DNA from: Bdellovibrionales bacterium
GTDB taxonomy: Bacteria; Bdellovibrionota; Bdellovibrionia; Bdellovibrionales; JAGQZY01
Direction of reading: 5' to 3'
Assembly: GCA_964229765.1 (NCBI GenBank)
Contig: CAXREJ010000053.1
Span: 1,359-65,358 of the forward strand
DNA: 64,000 nucleotides
The position numbers and the translations under genes were made by a program. The notes under the pieces were generated by a model. That model was not told the origin of the DNA, searched no databases, and worked only from the letters and a program-made list of their open reading frames with translations. Below are positions 17,472 to 28,121 of this stretch, in pieces; the stretch's first letter is position 1; the number at the start of each line of letters is the position of its first letter.

Positions 17472-20400
17472 GTCGTTGGTATCAATATTAACTCTGATTT
17501 CTTTGGTTGGCTGTGTTAATGCCGATCGAGAGAGTAAGCTGCAAGATCAACAGCTATCAGAATATAGTATTGAACAAAGCCTAATCGCCTTTAATAATCG
17601 CGCTATGTTTGAGGTAGGGGAGATACAACTCGAAGACGTTAAGTTTTCAGATAATAATCAAGGTGTTTTACGTCAATCCAATGAGATTCAACTTTTCTTT
17701 AAACTATGTAGTATTAGAGATCGGGCCTCTCAAGGTACGATTAGAAATGAAAGATTTCATATTAAATCAGAGTTGGGTGAAAATATCCTTTGGAAAAGAT
17801 CAGACAATAGTTCCGAGATCTCCAATCCTATTACTGTGAATAGTGGTAACTGTTTGAGATGGAGCCAAAAAGTTCCTGAGTTTGATTTTTACGCACCTTC
17901 TGTCAATATTGCACTTCACTTTGAGATTGAATCCCTTTCTGGCCAATTAGGTAAGATTGTTAAGAGAATTGGTTTTAACCCTTGGGATATGCACCGTCGA
18001 CAGAGTTTATCCAGCGGATTTTTTGATTTAACGGATTACAACCGAGCGGATTGGCATTCGGGTCAATGGGTTGTTGGCGATCAGATTGTTGATGCATTAA
18101 AAGGTGATTTGTTTGATCGGACGGCAGAACTTCGTTTTGATTCTATTTCGATTGAGCCTGTTGAGAGAACAAGTGTGAATGTCGCCAACTTTAATCGTCA
18201 AGCGGATGAGCTTTTAGATTCTGAAGAAATGGCACGTCGACGTGAAATTGAAAGATCTTTGTTAGAAGATCGCGCGGGTCTTCATATCAACGTTAATATG
18301 AATGCTCAGCCAGTGGTTTGGAATTACGATTCAGGTGGAAATAGAGATCGTACACCTATTACAAGTGGACGTTTTAAAGTTTATATGAACTTAATTGCTC
18401 GTGGAGCGGCTGATAATAACGAGAGACACTTATTAAGCTCTAATGTCACCGATATTACTGGTCGAAGTGCTTCCTTTATCTGGAGGATGAATCAGGACGG
18501 ACGCTTAATTACCAGCGTTCCTTTGATCTTAAGAAATCGAACAGAGTTTGGTCGAGTGGAGTTGCTGTTAAAAGTTGTTCCTGTGGACTCGGGACTTAGA
18601 AATGTAAAACCTTATACAGCGGTTTTTGATCTTGGTCAGTATGATCAGTGGGTGAGAAGACAAAATACCAGTTTTTCTTTTGATGAAAACTACAATCCTC
18701 TAGATCAAGTTTCTTATGATCAGTATGTGAATTCTGTTGACGGAATAGTTGATGATTTAAGAACAGTAAGAGAAATCGACCGATTTTATTTTGGTCCATT
18801 AAGAATGCGTTTCATACGCATTATGCCTGGTGAAACGGCCACAGATAGAACTTTACAGTATAGTGTTTCCACTTGTGTTGAGCATGGTCTTTATGGAAGT
18901 CGAGTTGGGCCTGGTTTACAGTTTGATATTGAAACAGAAGATAAGGGGCGAACCCACAAAATGAGAAGACAAACCAATGAAGAAGGTTGTCTTGTTTGGT
19001 TTGGATTCTTATCTCATAAGTTCTACCGCAAAGAAGTCTTACAGAAAAAGACAGCAATGGTTCGCTTTGCTGGAACAAAGAACAATGGTTCATCAAGTCC
19101 TGACAACAACATTAATCAGTGGGAAGAGACCATTAACCGGTACGAGCAAGAGTTTACTTATTACATGAACCCATGGGATGAAAAGTTCACCTTTGGTTGG
19201 GATGAGAACGAGATGCCTGATGGTTATGCTGATGAGATTGCTGAGCAAAGAAAGACAGCCCCGGTTTCTCAGTTGTTTATCGCTGACTTCAGATATGAAA
19301 CTATGGGCTTTCGCTATGCAATTGATAAATATCTCAACCTTAAAGTTAAAAAAGCGGTTCTTTTTAAAGCATTCCCTTATGTGTTGAAATACAATTCCAT
19401 TGTTTATGGTCGAATGGGAACCCAAAAGCTTCGTGATGGCGTTTATTTAATGAAAGTGGCCTTACAGAAAGATTACCTAGACCCTGCGGCGAAAGGTGTC
19501 AGAATTTACGATAGACATCTCCGTCGTCCCTATCAATTGGCAGAGTCCAATCGTCAGGAAAGTTTAACGGCCGAAGACTTAGAAGCTGCTTACGGAGCCG
19601 AGTATGTTTATGAGAGGTATGACCGTGAGTATGGTACGGTTGATGAGTTATTGCCTGAAGGTGTGGAGTCACATCCAGGGATGGGTTATTCGGATTCCGA
19701 CGATGATGTTGTTGGTGATTCCGTTGATCATCGTTTACTCACTGAAAGTGAATTAAGAGATACAAAAAAAGAATTTATATCCGTTCAAACAAAATTGGTT
19801 CGAGTTCTTGGTGGAATGATTATTACCCCCATCGAGTTTGAAATTGATGACTTGCGTTTAATGAGAATTAGGAATCAGTTTTATATTCAATTGGAAACAA
19901 TTGATGAACATAAACTCAGAATGGCTACCGTATTGGATCATGTCCTTGAAGATGTGGCTCGTGAAGGTAATCTTGAGACTGAATTTGAGCGTATATTTAC
20001 TGAGCTTGAAAGTCTTGAGTCCTTAGAAGTTGAGAGCGCTCAATTACAAGAGAGAATGAATCAGTACGACGAAACAGTGGATATGTCTGAAGCTCGTTCT
20101 GAGGTTGAAAGACTGGCTGGTTCTATTGAAGAAGGGCGTAATCGAATCCTTGGGATGTTAGGGCTTGATTCTGTTGATCGTGAAGATCAAGAGCTTTTCG
20201 AGAGAAGACGCCGTGAAATTGTAGAGAGATTTAATCGCCTTAGGCAGTACCGTCAACGTTTACAGGCTGTTGATGGGGATGATTATTTAGCGGCCTTTAG
20301 GAACTCTAAAAGAGAGCAAATTAATAGTGTTCTTAGAGCTCTTCAATATGAAGACTCTGTAAGTATGATTGATACAAATCAGATTGACGAAGAGTACAAT

Positions 20401-22725
20401 CAAGAAGATGGGGAAGGTCAAAGAGAGCAAGGTTTTGTCGATGATCCTATTCAAAGATTATTCTTTTCAAGACAAGGAACTTCTTCTGATCGAATTATGG
20501 CTGAACTGGATTATCGTATCGAGGTGGCAAGGCAGAGACTCGCTCAAGCGGAAGAAAATGGCCGATCCGATGATGTGGGTCTTTATCGTCAACTTATTGA
20601 GAACTTAGAAACTTTAAAGGTGGCCGACTTTACTGTTAGCCCTTTAACGCCAAGCTTTGATTTTGAACTAGTGGTGAATGAAGGGGAACATAATCCCGAT
20701 CTGCCCGAGGATGATGGTTTGTCTGGTTTGCCAGCAAGAACTTTTGTAGGTCCTTTGACTTTTGTTTTTAATACCAATGGTTCTTCATTGAGACCCACAG
20801 ACCGTTTGAATGAAGCTTATTGTCGTACCTCATTTTGTGAGGCGCCTGAGGAAATGATTAGAAGAGGTATTCCACCAACAGATGTTGAAACGGCTACACA
20901 AGTTCATACCGATGGAGAATTGCCGCTTACTTCGCAGCCTATTTATGCGAGTGGCGATTCTATCAATGCCAACTATGAGAACAATAAATACTACGGTTAT
21001 TTAAAAGATTATCATAATAAAACCGTTGATATGCTGATTGAAGAGAAAAAAGATATTGAAGAGAGAGAGTACCGTAAGATGGAAGAAGCCTCTCAAATCA
21101 TTAATTATACAAAAACCATGAAGCTCCGTTACGTTCTATTGAATGATAATGAGCGCTCACGTCTTAAGGGTATAGATCATAATTGTGCTCAAACGACTGA
21201 TATTGATCGAATCACTGAGTGTTTTACTGATATTCTTTCTGGAAGTGATATTTTAAATAAAGGAAGAATGTTTGAGCAATTGAATCACAGACAGACTTAT
21301 TATCCTGAGTTTGGTGATGCTCAAGAAAATAATTTCTCCAATAGAGCTTACTATAATTTAGCCGGTGATCAGGAAATCACGGAACAGAATATTTTAGATA
21401 TTATGGAAAAGGGATGGCGTAGTCCTGATATCGACCCCATTATGGTTCGTCGTTTTATGCATAGAATGTGCTTTGTGCTTGCTGAAAACTTTTTCACACC
21501 GGAGTATTTTGAAAAATCAGCGCCAACAATATGGGATACGTTTTCTCAAAGAGAAACGACCATGAATATGAGAGGTTTGATTCACCTTGAAAAAATATGT
21601 CATCGCTATGTTGGTAATATGTATGGCTACTTCAGGCAAAGAGACCGCTACGAGAGAGGTCAGCCATTTATCAACCTGGATCGTTTTTCATTTGATCATG
21701 ATGATGCTGTAAGACCACAGAATATGAGATTTTCTCCCATAGTTATTGAAAGAAAAGTGAGAGCTTATTCGACCACGGATCGTTATGTTTACCGTGGTGG
21801 TAAATCACTTAATATTAATTTATCGGCTAGCTTTAACTTATCGAGTAGTAACGGGATTAAGGTTGTCACTTCAGCAAACTTTAAACCTTGGGACTGGGTC
21901 TCTGATGTGACTGGAGCTCTTTTAGGTCGAGTGGCTAGAAATATCATTGGTGGTGTTGGAATCAGCCAGTCCAACTCGATGGATGAGTCAGCGGGACGCT
22001 CACAAGGTGTTACGGTGAGTTCTGGTACGTTTTTAGTCAGCCAACAGGCAACACTTGATATTGAGCTTGGTGAGTATGAAAGATGTTTAGTTGTAAGACT
22101 TCATCCTAAAATCATTAAAGATTTTATGGACTCTGATTTTATTAAAGAGAGTTTTTTAGATGAAAATATTGATCGCAACAATGATGGTGAGCCTGAGGAG
22201 TTAAGTGATATCTTATCTCAAGGTATGTTAATTTGTTCTGGGCAAATCCGTAGTAACCGTTTGCCGATCAAAGAAAAGTATTATTACTTCACTCAGCATT
22301 TTACTGAAGGTGATATGCTCGATACTGCGGATCTTCATAACCACCCTTGGCTGTTACAGTTAAGAGGTTATAGGGATTTTCAAGTTTTCACTTCAATGAT
22401 TGGAGCTCGTGAAGTTCAATATATTGATACTAATAACTGGGCCGGAGAAGTTATGGGGCGAACTATGACAGATGCTGCGGCTTTAGCGAATGGTAACCTT
22501 TCTGAAATGGGAGGAAGTGATACTGACAATTACAATGCGCAATTTCAAATTGTGCATCAGTCAGAAGATATAAACTGGCCACTGGAAGAGCTAGGAAGAA
22601 CTTATTTTGAAGTTCTGCCCACTTTCCCGGGACTCTATACTTACATGAATGAAGATGGAGAAGATGTAAGTAATTGGCCTTATGATAGTACAGATCCAGG
22701 GCGATCTTTTGCACCTAATGAGTGA
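17458..22725 (+). CDS. Giant lipoprotein (1755 aa) of unknown function with an acidic coiled-coil central region
   Basis: MTLFKSLVSILTLISLVGC (lipobox LVGC). The reading frame is uninterrupted for 5.3 kb. The central Glu/Arg-rich segment is predicted coiled coil (about 19850-20600). No family recognised. Confidence 0.85.
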   Translation: MTLFKSLVSILTLISLVGCVNADRESKLQDQQLSEYSIEQSLIAFNNRAMFEVGEIQLEDVKFSDNNQGVLRQSNEIQLFFKLCSIRDRASQGTIRNERFHIKSELGENILWKRSDNSSEISNPITVNSGNCLRWSQKVPEFDFYAPSVNIALHFEIESLSGQLGKIVKRIGFNPWDMHRRQSLSSGFFDLTDYNRADWHSGQWVVGDQIVDALKGDLFDRTAELRFDSISIEPVERTSVNVANFNRQADELLDSEEMARRREIERSLLEDRAGLHINVNMNAQPVVWNYDSGGNRDRTPITSGRFKVYMNLIARGAADNNERHLLSSNVTDITGRSASFIWRMNQDGRLITSVPLILRNRTEFGRVELLLKVVPVDSGLRNVKPYTAVFDLGQYDQWVRRQNTSFSFDENYNPLDQVSYDQYVNSVDGIVDDLRTVREIDRFYFGPLRMRFIRIMPGETATDRTLQYSVSTCVEHGLYGSRVGPGLQFDIETEDKGRTHKMRRQTNEEGCLVWFGFLSHKFYRKEVLQKKTAMVRFAGTKNNGSSSPDNNINQWEETINRYEQEFTYYMNPWDEKFTFGWDENEMPDGYADEIAEQRKTAPVSQLFIADFRYETMGFRYAIDKYLNLKVKKAVLFKAFPYVLKYNSIVYGRMGTQKLRDGVYLMKVALQKDYLDPAAKGVRIYDRHLRRPYQLAESNRQESLTAEDLEAAYGAEYVYERYDREYGTVDELLPEGVESHPGMGYSDSDDDVVGDSVDHRLLTESELRDTKKEFISVQTKLVRVLGGMIITPIEFEIDDLRLMRIRNQFYIQLETIDEHKLRMATVLDHVLEDVAREGNLETEFERIFTELESLESLEVESAQLQERMNQYDETVDMSEARSEVERLAGSIEEGRNRILGMLGLDSVDREDQELFERRRREIVERFNRLRQYRQRLQAVDGDDYLAAFRNSKREQINSVLRALQYEDSVSMIDTNQIDEEYNQEDGEGQREQGFVDDPIQRLFFSRQGTSSDRIMAELDYRIEVARQRLAQAEENGRSDDVGLYRQLIENLETLKVADFTVSPLTPSFDFELVVNEGEHNPDLPEDDGLSGLPARTFVGPLTFVFNTNGSSLRPTDRLNEAYCRTSFCEAPEEMIRRGIPPTDVETATQVHTDGELPLTSQPIYASGDSINANYENNKYYGYLKDYHNKTVDMLIEEKKDIEEREYRKMEEASQIINYTKTMKLRYVLLNDNERSRLKGIDHNCAQTTDIDRITECFTDILSGSDILNKGRMFEQLNHRQTYYPEFGDAQENNFSNRAYYNLAGDQEITEQNILDIMEKGWRSPDIDPIMVRRFMHRMCFVLAENFFTPEYFEKSAPTIWDTFSQRETTMNMRGLIHLEKICHRYVGNMYGYFRQRDRYERGQPFINLDRFSFDHDDAVRPQNMRFSPIVIERKVRAYSTTDRYVYRGGKSLNINLSASFNLSSSNGIKVVTSANFKPWDWVSDVTGALLGRVARNIIGGVGISQSNSMDESAGRSQGVTVSSGTFLVSQQATLDIELGEYERCLVVRLHPKIIKDFMDSDFIKESFLDENIDRNNDGEPEELSDILSQGMLICSGQIRSNRLPIKEKYYYFTQHFTEGDMLDTADLHNHPWLLQLRGYRDFQVFTSMIGAREVQYIDTNNWAGEVMGRTMTDAAALANGNLSEMGGSDTDNYNAQFQIVHQSEDINWPLEELGRTYFEVLPTFPGLYTYMNEDGEDVSNWPYDSTDPGRSFAPNE

Positions 22726-23830
22726 TCAAAAGATCTTCTACCTAACGACTAACCCTGGCCTGGAGTCTGTGGCCCACTTGGAGCTTTGTAAAAAGTGGGT
22801 CCAGGCTGCAGATTTTTTTAATCTTCCATCTTATCCAGATGTAAAATTACTTAAAGGTGGACTTGAGTTTACAGCCAGTCTCCCAATGGTTTTATTTCTT
22901 AATCGCAACTTAAAAACAAGCACTCGCATACTTCTTAGACTTAAAACATTCTCGGCCAAAAATGAAAATGAGTTCACTAAAGAAATGGAATCCGTGCCGT
23001 GGAAAAGTTTTTTTAATGCCAATGAAAGTGTCAACTTTAAGTTCCAGTCTAAATCTTCTAAGTTGTCCCATAGTAAGCAAATCACAAGGGTTTTAGAGAA
23101 GGTTTTGAAAAAACATAAAGTCAAAGTTCAAAAAGGACAACCTCAACTCTATATCAGGATTTTCCGTGATCAGTGCACATTGAGTATTGATACAACGGGT
23201 GAAGCCAGTTTCTTTAGAAAAGAAGCTGGTTCAATAGCATCTTTGCGTTCAAGTTTAGCTTCAGGACTCTTGCAGATTTTATTTCAAGGAATAGAGTCTG
23301 ATATAGAACTGATTGATCCTATGTGCGGGGCCGGTACATTTTTATCTGAGTCTTTATCTATGGATCATTCTCTTGCTCGTTCCTTTTTTCTCGAATCCTT
23401 TCCATTAATGAAAGATTCTTTAACAGAAATGCCGGTGCTTGAAGAAAAGAATTTAGTGAAAAAAACTATTGGTTTTGATTTTCATGAGAAAGCATTACAT
23501 GTTGCTGCCGAAAATTTGAAAAACTTTAAAAGTGATTATTTAGAAATTAGTAAGGCCGATCTGTTTTCTAAAAGCGATGGGCTGGTTTCTCCTTCTGGAA
23601 TGAAAAGAGTGGTGGTGGTCAATCCTCCTTGGGGTAAACGCTTACACCTCCAGGGGCAGGGTGATGTCTTGGAGACTTTGTATCATAAATATAAACCGGA
23701 CCGCATTGGTCTTTTGATGCCAGCTCGTTGGAAGACAGTTTCAATTCCCTTGGAGAAAGTCAGGGATATTCCTATCAATAATTCTGGCGTTGAAAATCGT
23801 TTTCTTGTTTTTGCAAAATCCGGAGTTTAA
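22718..23830 (+). CDS. THUMP-domain class I SAM-dependent (RNA) methyltransferase, COG0116/RlmL-N-like
   Basis: MSDQKIFYLTTNPGLESVAHLEL N-terminus. Motif I is DPMCGAGTF and motif IV is VVVNPPWG. ATG 22718 overlaps the upstream stop (ATGAGTGA). Confidence 0.75.
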   Translation: MSDQKIFYLTTNPGLESVAHLELCKKWVQAADFFNLPSYPDVKLLKGGLEFTASLPMVLFLNRNLKTSTRILLRLKTFSAKNENEFTKEMESVPWKSFFNANESVNFKFQSKSSKLSHSKQITRVLEKVLKKHKVKVQKGQPQLYIRIFRDQCTLSIDTTGEASFFRKEAGSIASLRSSLASGLLQILFQGIESDIELIDPMCGAGTFLSESLSMDHSLARSFFLESFPLMKDSLTEMPVLEEKNLVKKTIGFDFHEKALHVAAENLKNFKSDYLEISKADLFSKSDGLVSPSGMKRVVVVNPPWGKRLHLQGQGDVLETLYHKYKPDRIGLLMPARWKTVSIPLEKVRDIPINNSGVENRFLVFAKSGV

Positions 23831-23939
23831 CTCATTTCATAATAAGGGTTTAGTAGTCATTGATGTTGGAAGTGTTAACAGATTTTCAATTGTAAAATAC
23901 ATATTTACCTCTTGAACGATATCTATTAAGAAAGTCTTC

Positions 23940-24830
23940 ATGAAAAAAATCATATTGTTTTTTGCTGTCCTAATTATGTTGTCTTTTAATGCTTTTTCAG
24001 AAGATGGAATCAGTCCTCTGAAGACTCAAGAATACTTTCAGAGAAGAATTAAAGAAGAAAGAACTGTTAAAGACATGCCTTTTTCTGTTTCAGCTCATAA
24101 ACCTTTTTATATCTTACCGGCCTCGTATAATTCTAATCCTTCAAAAGGAAGTCTCAGTAATTTAACTCAAGTCGACCATTTAGAGGCTAAATTTCAGTTT
24201 AGTTTTAAGTTGAATGTGATTGACTCATTTTGGGATAACCATATGACTCTCATGTTTGCTTATACAAACCTTTCCTTTTGGCAACTGTATAACAAAAAGA
24301 ACTCGGCTCCATTCAGGGAAACCAATCATGAGCCTGAATTATTTCTTGAATATCATCCTGAGAGTTTAGACAGTACGGATGAGTGGGTCTATTATCGTTT
24401 GGGATTTGTGCATCAGTCCAATGGTCAAGATGTGCCAGAGTCACGCAGTTGGAATAGAATCTATTTGCAAGGACTCTTCAATTTTAAATACCTTTCTGTA
24501 CAATTAAAAGCTTGGAAAAGAATTCCTGAAAGTGAAAAAAGCACACCACTGGCTGTCGGTGGAGACGATAACCCTGATATTCATTTGTATTTAGGTAATT
24601 TTGAACTTCTACTTATTCAAAAGTGGGGATCGAGTACAATGACTGCCCTTTGGCGTAACAATCTTCGGTCCCAAAATAGGGGGTCTATTGAGTTAGGTTG
24701 GAGTTTCCCTCTCAATGAGAACTACAAAGGGTATGTGCAGTTTTATAATGGATATGGAGAGAGCCTTATTGATTATAATTATCCCGTGGCTAGGATTGGT
24801 GCTGGCTTTTTGATGGCTGATTGGTTGTAA
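23940..24830 (+). CDS. pldA: Outer-membrane phospholipase A (OMPLA)
   Basis: 296 aa with signal peptide. Catalytic block GFVHQSNGQ...SRSWNRIY and C-terminal aromatic residue. Confidence 0.85.
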   Translation: MKKIILFFAVLIMLSFNAFSEDGISPLKTQEYFQRRIKEERTVKDMPFSVSAHKPFYILPASYNSNPSKGSLSNLTQVDHLEAKFQFSFKLNVIDSFWDNHMTLMFAYTNLSFWQLYNKKNSAPFRETNHEPELFLEYHPESLDSTDEWVYYRLGFVHQSNGQDVPESRSWNRIYLQGLFNFKYLSVQLKAWKRIPESEKSTPLAVGGDDNPDIHLYLGNFELLLIQKWGSSTMTALWRNNLRSQNRGSIELGWSFPLNENYKGYVQFYNGYGESLIDYNYPVARIGAGFLMADWL

Positions 24831-25025
24831 TCAATTTCTTTTAAGAAGAAGTTATTTATCTTTGCTTGCGACACTTACCTTAGTCGAGCCCTCTCTGTTT
24901 CTAAAGAGTATGGACACTTGCAATGTTAATAAATATTATTTTAAGTGAGTTTATCCCTTAATCCACTGTGTAGTAGTGAGAATTTACATTTTTGATACAA
25001 AGAGGCTTTATTGTCGGTTCTCAAA

Positions 25026-25039
25026 TTGAGACGTCTCAA
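25026..25039. promoter_or_regulatory. Perfect 14-bp palindrome ttgagacgtctcaa about 175 bp upstream of the coiled-coil protein gene; candidate operator
   Basis: Read directly in the 384-bp intergenic region. Confidence 0.25.
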
Positions 25040-25214
25040 AATTCGATTTACGTCTGTCTATTATTTTTAAATATGAAATATTTAATATTCAGCTGTTATT
25101 TTCCGAACAGTTGTTTATAGATGTGACACTTCAAAAAATTAGAAATAAATTTCAAGCATGTTCTTAAAATATTTGTAATAATGAATGTCAAGAAAGGGAT
25201 CTTAGGGGGAAATT

Positions 25215-28115
25215 ATGCTCAAAGGCAAAATTATTTTTCGCTTTGTCGTAGTCAGTTTTTTACTTGTATTTGCATTTAATAACTGTACGAAGGATGCGGA
25301 TTTTGACAATTCTGATAGTTCAAGCGCAAGTTCATTTGCGGCGGACTATTTATTAGGACTCATTGATGATGCGGTGGAAACGGAAGCTCAGTTACGTGAG
25401 CAGGGGACTCCAGAAGCTATTGCACAGGCCAATGAAATTCGTTTGTATATTGATATGATTGAACAGCTTATTGCTGTTGATGGACGCGGTCTATCTATTG
25501 GCTCGGCTCAAGTTCTTGATGCTCGAGACTATTTATTAAATGCTCATTTAATGGGGCGCGATATGCTTATTGAGTATAACTTCAATGCAGCCATTGCCGC
25601 GCTTCAAGCTGAAGATGAAAGACTCTCAAATTTAATTGCTGAGTTAGAAATTAAGTTTGATGCTTCACTGGCAGACTTAGAGACTCGCTTGAGAACTGAG
25701 ATGCAGGCTTCTGATGCTGAGATCCTGGCTCAATTGAACGCATTAAGAGATCGTTTTAATGCTTTTGAAACTCAGGTTAATAATAAGTTTATTGAAGTCG
25801 ATGGAAGACTTGTTAATCTTGAAACCATCACCACAAATCTTCAAACTCGTATTGATGAGATTGATGCGAATATTGTAATTATTCAAAATAATATTACTAA
25901 TATTCAAGATAGCAGTGAGTCCGCGATGAAAGCTCTTTGGGAAGCTCTTGAGGGAGTGAAAAAAGATCTTATGAATGAAATCGTTGCTGTTAAAGAAGCA
26001 CAAAATGAAATGAAAGAAAAGTTAGCTGAACAACAAAAAGCTTTTGAAAGCTATGTGGCGGATCAGTCAAAATTGGCTGAAGTTCAAGGGCGCATGTGTA
26101 AGCTTGATGCCAGTGGAGAATTGTCTGTTGGTCAAACGGCTTGTGATGGTTCATCGACTGAAGATGATGTTCTTGACGGTTCTTGTTGTATGACTGCTGA
26201 TAACTTAGATTGCGATATGATGTTTCCTGATGAAACTGATTCAGCGAAGTTAGCTAAAACTCAGTGTAACTCGTTTATCGTGACTTTAAGAAATCGCGAT
26301 GCTCAGATTAAAGAATTGGCGGAAGCTGATGCTGAGCAGAAGAAAGATATTGAACTGTTAATGGCAAGAGTGGATGACCTTGAGGAGGTTGTGAAAAACC
26401 TTTCTGAGGAAGTTAAAGGTCTTGTTGCCGATATGGAAAGTTTAAAATCTAAACTGGCTGATATTGATGATAGACTTCTTATTGTTGAGTTTAAAGCTTC
26501 AAGAGCAGAGGCTGGTGCAACTTTAAATGAAATGTCTGATCTTTATTTAGCTTGGATCACTCGTCGTAAAGCGGATGTGAGAAATCGTTTTTGTCACCAT
26601 AATGCAAAAGTCGCTTACAATAGAAGTGACTATGAAGTGGCGAAACAAAATCATGTTTACTGTCATGAGAGATTGGCTTGGTTGAATCAAGCACAAGAAC
26701 TTGTTCAATTAGCTAAAGCTTATACTAATGGTGTTTTATCAACAAATGTTGATCAGAATTGTAGTGCTAATATCTCAGGTCGTAATGCTGAATCTTTATC
26801 AGTAAATGATCTTTCTGACATGAATGTGGCTCAAGAGGTCATTAAGAAATGTACCAGTGGGCAAGCTTTAACTAAAGCTTATCTATTAAGTATTATTAAG
26901 CTTCATAATAAAATTGGTCCTGATTTCAGAACGGCTGAGTACATGGCTAAAAAAGCTAAAATTGCTCAACTCCTTTATTTTGGTAGCGAAGTGCATTTAG
27001 CTTCATCTGCTGCTATTCAAGCTTTTGAAAATGTGGATCCTACTGCGGATCATTTAAAAGACACTCCTTATGGAAAAATTGAGCGTGTTTTTAAGCGCAG
27101 ATATGTAGAGACTCGTTTAAGAGTTTCTGGAAAGTATCCAGAAGATCCTTCACAGTTTAAGGCTAATATCTCTGGATTCAATGTTGTTTACACTCATGCT
27201 GAAATCAATGGGGCTGCTGATGCTTACTTAAAAAGAGTTAAGGCTTTAGAGATTGAAGGTACTTGTGGTGGTCAATGTGGATTTAAAGTTGTTGGAAGAA
27301 ACAAGGTTGCTCGTATTGGATCTCGTTACAGTTATCCTCAAGATTCAAAAACCAAGTGTCCTATCTTTAACGACATCGTTATGATTCCAAGTCAAGATGG
27401 AAAGCACTACGCTTACCGTTTAAACTACTCTCGTTATCAAGGTGCTACTGAGCAAATCTTACCTTACTGGACATGGAACTCGAATCATCATCCAATTGCT
27501 GAAAGTGCTGCGGATGTTGCTGCCGGTAAATTCAGACAGTGTGGTTATAGAGTTCGTAACACAGTACACAGATTTGGTATTCCTGATACAAAATTGCGTG
27601 GACGCTTAGCACTTCGCTATGGGAAGCCTTATGCGAAAACACATGGTCTTCCACAGTGTATGAGATTCCACTTCACTTGTCGTCTTTGGGATGGTCCAGA
27701 TGGCAATGGTGAGTGGGTCAGTCCTAATCCGAATGCCAACATCATGCATTATTTGAGTGGTTACAGTAACGCCAAGGTTGATTCTTTCTGTAAGACTTCT
27801 GGAGCTTCTTATGTACCAAAAACTCGTCAGCTTTCTCAAGATGAAAAAGCAACAATGCATTACTACAAAGGTGTTCAAGATGCTGGATCAATAGCCATGG
27901 CTAACGCTGTAAACTCTAATACGACTCAGTTAACAGAGGACTATTGGATGACTCGTGATGTGGCTGTTGCTTATGGAAGTGGAAATAAAACGACTTCAGT
28001 GGCCACTCCTTTTTATGGTAAATCATCTTCTCATGGACAGGCCTTCTTTAGAAAACTGTTCAAGATGACTGATTTTGCCAATATTGATGTGCAACAATGT
28101 TATGATCCTCAATAA
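25215..28115 (+). CDS. Large exported coiled-coil protein (966 aa) with Cys-rich globular C-terminal half; possible non-canonical lipoprotein
   Basis: Signal peptide FRFVVVSFLLVFAFNNC (lipobox-like, non-canonical). N-terminal 450 aa are heptad-rich (LETRLRTEMQ..., IDEIDANIVIIQNNITNIQ). The C-terminal half has many Cys. GGGGGA RBS. Confidence 0.8.
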   Translation: MLKGKIIFRFVVVSFLLVFAFNNCTKDADFDNSDSSSASSFAADYLLGLIDDAVETEAQLREQGTPEAIAQANEIRLYIDMIEQLIAVDGRGLSIGSAQVLDARDYLLNAHLMGRDMLIEYNFNAAIAALQAEDERLSNLIAELEIKFDASLADLETRLRTEMQASDAEILAQLNALRDRFNAFETQVNNKFIEVDGRLVNLETITTNLQTRIDEIDANIVIIQNNITNIQDSSESAMKALWEALEGVKKDLMNEIVAVKEAQNEMKEKLAEQQKAFESYVADQSKLAEVQGRMCKLDASGELSVGQTACDGSSTEDDVLDGSCCMTADNLDCDMMFPDETDSAKLAKTQCNSFIVTLRNRDAQIKELAEADAEQKKDIELLMARVDDLEEVVKNLSEEVKGLVADMESLKSKLADIDDRLLIVEFKASRAEAGATLNEMSDLYLAWITRRKADVRNRFCHHNAKVAYNRSDYEVAKQNHVYCHERLAWLNQAQELVQLAKAYTNGVLSTNVDQNCSANISGRNAESLSVNDLSDMNVAQEVIKKCTSGQALTKAYLLSIIKLHNKIGPDFRTAEYMAKKAKIAQLLYFGSEVHLASSAAIQAFENVDPTADHLKDTPYGKIERVFKRRYVETRLRVSGKYPEDPSQFKANISGFNVVYTHAEINGAADAYLKRVKALEIEGTCGGQCGFKVVGRNKVARIGSRYSYPQDSKTKCPIFNDIVMIPSQDGKHYAYRLNYSRYQGATEQILPYWTWNSNHHPIAESAADVAAGKFRQCGYRVRNTVHRFGIPDTKLRGRLALRYGKPYAKTHGLPQCMRFHFTCRLWDGPDGNGEWVSPNPNANIMHYLSGYSNAKVDSFCKTSGASYVPKTRQLSQDEKATMHYYKGVQDAGSIAMANAVNSNTTQLTEDYWMTRDVAVAYGSGNKTTSVATPFYGKSSSHGQAFFRKLFKMTDFANIDVQQCYDPQ

Positions 28116-28121
28116 AAACAA

